Positions 57,846 to 64,000 of a stretch of DNA of 64,000 bases are shown here, piece by piece. The position numbers were made by a program, and so were the translations under genes. The stretch comes from Paramoeba atlantica (taxonomy: Eukaryota > Protista > Discosea): NCBI GenBank assembly GCA_977017575.1, contig CDRNVI010000087.1:124001-188000 (forward strand), written 5' to 3'. The stretch's first letter is position 1; the number at the start of each line of letters is the position of its first letter. The notes below the pieces were generated by a model, which saw nothing but the letters and a program-made list of their open reading frames with translations, was not told the origin of the DNA and did no database searches.

Positions 57846-58461
57846 ATGATACTTCTTCCCTGGAAAGACGTTTCACACGCTTTTACCGGGTATTGTTCTG
57901 ATGTGGTTGTAGAGCTGAGCATATCTTTAAAAAGCCCCACGCTTGACGTGTTCTGCGCTCTGTCAATGCTTCATTTGAATCTGACCCATGAACAAGCAGC
58001 GGCTGTTCTCATACCTTATGTGGGGGGCCATTATTCAGCACCCCATATATGGAAAAAATTTATTCAGCTGGCCTTGAAGCTTTCTGATGAGGCTGGCAAT
58101 CTGGCCGACACAGAGAGAAGATTTTCTATCCGAGAAAAAGCATTTTGCATGGTGTTGAGTATACTCGACGGCGTCCCCATGTACAGCCGTGGGCCCAGTG
58201 AATTATATAACGCGATTATATAACGCGATCCTGGAACACATTCATCGCACCATGGATAGTTTCCTTCACGGGGGCCGTTCCGTTTGTGGCATAGACATTA
58301 CGCCACAGATGCTGGAGCGCGCCATTCTTCACATCGTAGATCGCCGCGGGCATCTGCTTATGGATGTTCCGCCGTTTACTTTGTTGGAGAAGCTGCCCAG
58401 GATCTCCAAAGCTTCCTGGAACTCAGCCCGATGTATGCACCTCGACGGGACAACGAAGTAG
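57846..58461 (+). pseudogene. Possible degenerate Harbinger/ISL2EU-type transposase N-terminus, frameshifted by a 13-bp duplication at ~58203-58228
   Basis: VFCALSMLHLNLTHEQAA weakly resembles an HTH_Tnp_4 helix and HLDGT resembles the first catalytic motif. Weak. Confidence 0.3.
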
Positions 58462-58937
58462 GAGACTTCGTGGATAGTTTGTGGCGCTCTGTATCCGGGA
58501 GGCGTTCTCATGCCTGCGCGACCTACCGGGCTCGTCGCCGGCTCAAACGAGGGGCGGATGAAGCATCTCAGAAGCCAGCATCTCAGACCCCAGAAGCTTG
58601 TCCCACGGCTGCAGATCAGAGGAAGAATGTCCCCATGCCGTCCTATTATACGGCGAAAGAAATAAGAACATCAGACCGTGTAGTCTCGTTCCCGCGGCTG
58701 AACTAAAAAGGACGCGTTGAGGAAAAGTTGAAGGAGAAAGAGAGAAGATAATATTTTAAGTTCTGCTTATTATTCGTGATAGTTTTAAGTGTGTCAAAGC
58801 GGATGTTTATTGTTCACCTCAAATACCATTTTACCTAATCTACAAGTCGTGTTTTTACCCTCTAGCCCGTAACATAACATAACATATTTAGCATAACATA
58901 GTTCAATTTCATAGCTAGTACTGTCATAGAGGCATTC

Positions 58938-59894
58938 ATGTATGGCGTGACCCGAGAACAGCTTGCGCAATTTTACGCGGAACAGCAAGCGGTGCATGGA
59001 ACTAACGTAACAAGCACTGATCTAAGGAGGTTGAAGTCTTCCCTTTGCTTATGTGCACTGAATTGTTCTTGGGAACAATTGAGTGATTTGCAAGTCATAT
59101 GGACGGGGCCAGAGGATCCCCCAGTTTCCGTGCGAACCCTGCGCGAGGATTTTCATCGCATCGCGGACCTGTATCGTTCACCCTCGTTGATGAATCCTTC
59201 GCTGAGATTTCGTCATGGTGTCCCGTGGCTTAGCGACGTGACGTGTATGCTAGACGTTACCACCATCCCTTGTCGAGCAAAAAAACCTCATATGAAATTT
59301 GATCCCCGTAGTCAGACTGTTAAACGGAAGAATTCGACTTACTCTGGGAAGAACGGGGAACACTGTTTTAAAATTGAATTATGGCTCACACTGGCCGGAG
59401 TTCCTATCTTTTTTCGTGGGCCCGTAGTTGGAAGTGTGCACGATGCAAGGATTTATCAAGACACGATGACTCATGGAACATACCTCTTTGAGCATCACAA
59501 AGATGAAATCTTTCTGGCCGACCTGGGGTATGTTGGTTGTTATCATTGTTTGGTCCCATACAAAACTCCAAACAAGGGAATGCTTGAGGACGATCAATTA
59601 CGCGTCAACGAGAGGCTCGCATTAGTGCGCTCTCGTGTAGAGCGTTTCTTTGCCCATGTGGACAAGTTTCGTTTTTTCTGGGCAACAGATCATGATCTTT
59701 CCTGGATCAAAGATGCTGTTCAGATAGTATCTGTGTTGGCGTACGGACTGTTGGCTGGAGAGCCGCAGTACGACTTTGATACTGGGGTGAATGCGTCTCT
59801 CCGAAAGATTGACCATTTGAATAAATGTTGGTGCAGTGAGGGATGCGAAATTGTCGAGAAAACTGGTGTAAGTCGCGCGAGCGACCCCCGATAA
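58938..59894 (+). CDS. PIF/Harbinger/ISL2EU-like (DDE_Tnp_4) transposase, 318 aa
   Basis: MLDVTTIPC, YSGKNGEHCFK, GSVHDARI, LADLGYVG, VPYK, N..LALVRSRVERFF. No TIRs identified. Confidence 0.88.
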   Translation: MYGVTREQLAQFYAEQQAVHGTNVTSTDLRRLKSSLCLCALNCSWEQLSDLQVIWTGPEDPPVSVRTLREDFHRIADLYRSPSLMNPSLRFRHGVPWLSDVTCMLDVTTIPCRAKKPHMKFDPRSQTVKRKNSTYSGKNGEHCFKIELWLTLAGVPIFFRGPVVGSVHDARIYQDTMTHGTYLFEHHKDEIFLADLGYVGCYHCLVPYKTPNKGMLEDDQLRVNERLALVRSRVERFFAHVDKFRFFWATDHDLSWIKDAVQIVSVLAYGLLAGEPQYDFDTGVNASLRKIDHLNKCWCSEGCEIVEKTGVSRASDPR

Positions 59895-60353
59895 ATGGGG
59901 GGAAGGTGGTAGTTGTTTTGGGGAATATGAGAGGCCGAACGCACGGAGGGGCCGGCCGGGCCAATGAACCCAGACACCATACCCAACCCCTAGCAAAGCC
60001 TAGACATTGTTTACCCGTTTGCAAGACAAGAATGTGTGTCGTTAGTGGGAAGCAATTTGCGAAGTCGAAAGTCTGTGTGATATTAGGGTAACGCGCATAA
60101 GTACATGCCCGTGTATATAAAGGACGCACATTTATGGATAAGAATCGGATGTCTTTGTCACTGAGACAAACCACAAATCTCAGATACGAAGAGAGAAAAG
60201 AAACGAAGCGGAGCTGTGGACGCGGTTATTGCAGAAGGTTATTGTTCAGAGCTATAATATCTTGGACGATTATTACGATGATCGTGTTGCCGGAAATAAC
60301 GAATTAGCCCAAAAATAGCAATTTTGGTGATATGATGCTGCCTATAAAGTCCG

Positions 60354-61370
60354 TCATTCTGATTCTTCCGACGTGTCTACTAAGAACCCGCTACGTACCT
60401 TCGGAGCAATGTTACCTCGAATGTTTTCGGCAAGCTCCTTTGGGCTGCTGTTCTGGAGAATTTCCATAGGTCGTTGGTTAATTGAATCACACGCTGAGTC
60501 CAGAGTGGCTTGAGAAATGTCAGTGAAAACAACGCGCTTCGGGTAGAAATCGCGCACCAGACCACTGAAATGTTCTACCCCGCGCTTTTCCCAACTTGCG
60601 TAGGGCTTGCAAAAGAAAGATAAACAGCCTAATGCTTAATTCACTGCCTCGTGCTTCGCAAACTCGGAGCCGTTGTCATAGGTCAAAGTACGAACCTGAT
60701 AACATCGCAGTGCTTGGATAATTTCCTGCACAACGAGATCCGACCTTTTGCAAGACAGCTTGCGAAGGATGCCAAACCGGCTTTTCCGTTCTACAAGACT
60801 GAGAAAAAAGCCGCTGTGTTTACTCCCTTCAATTAGGTCGCATTTCCAGTCTCCATACCGGGACCGACTGTTGACTGAATCGGGGCGTTCGCTAATATCC
60901 GTCCGGTTTGGTATTTTCAGACGATTCGTGCCACGACGTCGTCTGCCACGACCTCCCCCCCGCCGAAGAAACTTGACCAAGTGCCCCGCTCTGTCTTCGC
61001 GTTGGATAAATCCGTAAATTGCTACACGTGACAGTTTTACGCCATCTTCCTTATATATTCCAGGCGCAATTTGTTGAGGGCTAAATCTTTTTTCCAGAAG
61101 GGAGAGAACTTTATGTCGCATTGAACCGGAAATCTTAAGCTTCTTCCCCTTGCGTTTTGTCATGGCTTTTTCACTCGTCCCTTGCGCACGCTTTGCACTG
61201 TACTCGCCGAGACGTGCGCCTCGCTTGAGCTCCCGGCTCACAGTAGCCTGGCTTTCTCCCAGTTTTTCTGCTATTTCTTCTTGCGAGAAGCCTTGTTGAT
61301 TATAGAGCACTGCGATAGTTTCCCGGGCCTCGGTGTCTAGGCGTTTGGTTTTACGTTGGGAAACTGACAT
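60354..61370 (-). pseudogene. IS30-family transposase with one in-frame TAA (60638-60636)
   Basis: HTH (SQEEIAEKLGESQATVSRELKR), FSPQQI, ISERP..R.RYGDWKCDLI, LVERKSRF, TYDNGSEFA. Past the stop: FFCKPYASWEKRGVEHFSGLVRDFYPK...INQRP. Confidence 0.92.
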
Positions 61371-61397
61371 TCTGGAGGTCAAATAAAATTCTGAAGG

Positions 61398-61466
61398 TCA
61401 ATGTGCTATATGCATTATCAATGTGCTATATGCAATATCAATGTGCTATATGCATTATCAATGTGC
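61398..61466. repeat. 3.5 x 20-bp tandem repeat (TCAATGTGCTATATGCATTA) abutting the foldback end
   Basis: Counted directly. Shares TATGCATTATCAAT with the foldback terminus. Confidence 0.9.
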
Positions 61467-61467
61467 C

Positions 61468-63333
61468 GCTTAGTATGCATTATCAATCTGCGGGCGCCGG
61501 GGGGTCCATGGGGGGGTTCAGGGGGGGGTCCAGGGGGGTTGCTCATGGTCGAGCAAATTTTTTCGAAAAAACTATTTTTCGAAAAAAAACCGCAGAAGGG
61601 GTAGCCGGGGTCTTGGCGCGCATTTTCCACCCGCCTACCCGGGGGTGACTCCCCCGCGTATCCGCAGGACGGGTCCGCCAAGTTCAGATTTTTTCGGAAT
61701 TTTTTTTTTGAAAAAAAATTCAACTTGGTAAAAAAAATAGGAAAACGGAATTTTTTACTTGGTAAAAAATGGTAAAAAAAATATTTTATCAACATTTTTT
61801 TCGCTAATGTATTTTGAGAGTTTGGGACCTATACTAGCCCCCTACACCGTTGTTTTCGCCAGACACCCCTTCTTCTAGCCGTGGCACGCCTCCCAAAATG
61901 GTCCATTTTTACCCAAAAAGTGCGGAAAAGTGATTTTCGGACCCAAAAGGGTCGTTTTATGTCAAAAGAATGGTGTGGTTGGAGTCGCATTCTATACCCA
62001 ATACGTTCAGTAGGCTTTCATTCACGCCTCCGAGTGATTTCTCATACGCAAATATCAGATTTAGCGCTCTGAGAGCAAAAATACCCAAAAATCACCCCAT
62101 TTTTACCCTAAAATCGGCTATTTTTGGCTATAATCTTTGTTTTACTTTAGCTGTCCAGGCCGAATTTTCTTTTTTAGGCTTCTTTTTTAGGCTTCTTCTT
62201 TTTCTTTTTTAGGCTTCTTCGTTAAACGCGGTGGTAGTTTTGAACGCGAAGCGCGCAGCATGAGTGACTTCTAAGATCCTCTAAAAAATGATCCTCTAAA
62301 ATGAGATGAATAAAAATCGCATGTTCTTATTTTTGTGCTTCGAATTTTTTTGTTCATACATTTTTTTCACTATTTAGCGCTTTTTTAAATTTTCTTTTCT
62401 AGGCTCTTCGTTAAACGCGGAGGTAGTTTTCAACGCGAATCGCGCAGCATGAGTGACTTCTAAGTTGAAAACAACCACCGCGTTTAACGAAGAGCCTAGA
62501 ATTAAAGTGGCGCTGATAAATGTAAATTTTTGTTATTATCGTATATTTTCTTTTTTAGGCTCTTCGTTAAACGCGGTGGTTGTTTTCAACTTAGAAGTCA
62601 CTCATGCTGCGCGCTTCGCGTTGAAAACTACCGCCGCGTTTAACGAAGAGCCAAAAAAAGAAAATTTAGCCTGGAAAACGGAACGATTATAGCCAAAAAT
62701 AGCCGAATTTCGGGTAAAAATGGGGTGATTTTCGCGTATTTTTGCTCTCAGAGCACTAAATCCGACATTTGCGCGTGGGAAATCACTCGTAGGCATGAAT
62801 GGAAGCCTACCGAACGTATTGTGTAGAGAATGCGACTCCAACCATACCATTCTTTCGACACAAAAATGCCCCTTTAGGTCCGAAACATACTTTTTCACCT
62901 TTTTTAGTCAAAAATGGGTCATTTTGGGGGGCGTACCACGGTTCGAAGAAGTGATACCTTGCGAAAACAACTGCTGAGAAAGCTAGTGTAGGTCCCAAAC
63001 TATCAAAATACAATAGGGGAAACGATTTTGGAAAAATATTTTTTTTGTCATTTTTTTCGCCAAGTTGAAATTTTTTTCAAAAACATTTTTCCGAAAAAAT
63101 CCGAACTTGGCGGACCCGTCCTGCGGAAACGCGGGGGGGTCACCCCCGGGTAGGGGGGTGGAAAATGCGCGCCAAGACCCCGGCTACCCTTTCTGCGGTT
63201 TTTTTTCGAAAACTAATTTTTTCGAAAAAATTTGCTCGACCATGACCCCCCCCCTGGACCCCCCCCTGGACCCCCCCTGGACCCCCCCCCCCTGGACCCC
63301 CCGGCGACCGCAGATTGATAATGCATACTAAGC
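61468..63333. mobile_element. 1.87-kb non-coding foldback (long inverted repeat) element
   Basis: Arms at ~61468-62275 and ~62590-63333 are reverse complements. The centre holds further direct and inverted copies of a ~65-bp unit. Confidence 0.88.
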
Positions 63334-63647
63334 TTCCAAGTTGGACTACAATGCTGTTGAACCAACAGCATGTGAAAAGCATGTGGTGAAAGCATCCTGC
63401 GAAACTGTTCAAAATTCCCATCTTCAAGTAAAATAGCTTGGTTTGACAGGGGAGGAGGATCCGTGAGTCTGCCGACCATCTTGTAAGAGTGCGAGAACTC
63501 ATTTTGGTTTAAGTGGCGGTGGTTTCATCATCAATGCTCGCGTCTTGTCTAAAGACGTCACCCCTGAAAGAAGAACATCGAAAAGAAAAAGAAAAATCTA
63601 CTAGTTAGTAAAAGAAAAATCAACCTAGTTTTTTTTAATTTTTTTTG

Positions 63648-63998
63648 TCAAAGGCAGAGTGCGGTTTTTACAGAGATGCAAGCAGTAGACTTCAAGTATA
63701 GATCGCAGACTTCCTTTATTTGGCTCACGGTATTTGGCCTGTGTTTCTTGCAGAGCTTAATAATACTCCAGAGATCCTCGATCGGGTTTAGATCCGGGGA
63801 GTCTGCTGGTCATCTTGGGAGTGTATGAGCACTCTTCACAGCTATGCAAAGCCGCAGAGCCTCAAACTGAGGATGAAATTTCCACCAGGTGATTGTTATG
63901 GCCTTGTGCCCAGGCGCGTTATCATCCATAGAGATTTTGTCTCCGATCTTTTCCCATGGAAGATACGTCTTCTGCAAATGTGCAACTGCGATAATATA
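63648..63998 (-). pseudogene. Tc1/IS630-type (DDE_3) transposase C-terminal fragment with TGA at the conserved Trp
   Basis: My manual translation: MDDNAPGHKA...LPR*PADSPDLNPIEDLWSIIK. TGA at 63812-63810. Confidence 0.85.
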
Positions 63999-64000
63999 AT

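Noticed and set aside
44616-63812. Stop-codon reassignment (TGA at a Trp in Tc1, TAA at a possible Glu in IS30)
   Set aside because: The CRE-G TAA replaces Tyr, and several 1000-1350 codon ORFs have no in-frame stops. Point mutation explains each case.

Overview
Eukaryotic DNA, most likely from a euglenozoan (kinetoplastid/diplonemid-type spliced leader). It is almost entirely nested transposable elements, and I could not identify any host protein-coding gene. (1) 1-6.7 kb: a VIPER/TATE-like tyrosine-recombinase (YR) retrotransposon on the minus strand. Its gag can be rebuilt from four pieces split by later insertions, its RT frame overlaps the whole YR ORF, and it carries a candidate -1 frameshift signal. 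(2) 6.9-46.8 kb: at least eight diverged CRE/SLACS-like RT + restriction-like-endonuclease (REL) families (one intact 1355-aa copy), an RTE-like APE-RT LINE, orphan APE and RNase H fragments, and a TA-targeting MITE dimer. (3) 36.6-53.5 kb: a tandem tRNA-Ser(UGA) array invaded by retroelements and then homogenised to a ~2.28-kb unit. (4) 54-64 kb: DNA transposons, namely an intact pogo-like element with TIRs, a Harbinger/ISL2EU-like transposase, an IS30-like pseudogene, a 1.87-kb foldback element and a Tc1-like fragment. The most striking recurring signal is a 39-nt SL-like exon (AAACTTTAACGATAAAGATACAGTTTCTGTACCTTGTTG), or 3' remnants of it, fused to the 5' ends of unrelated retroelements. 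All assignments come from motif reading by eye. No searches or folding were run, and family names for the CRE copies (A-I) are my own labels. Long homopolymers and short reiterations could partly be assembly artefacts.
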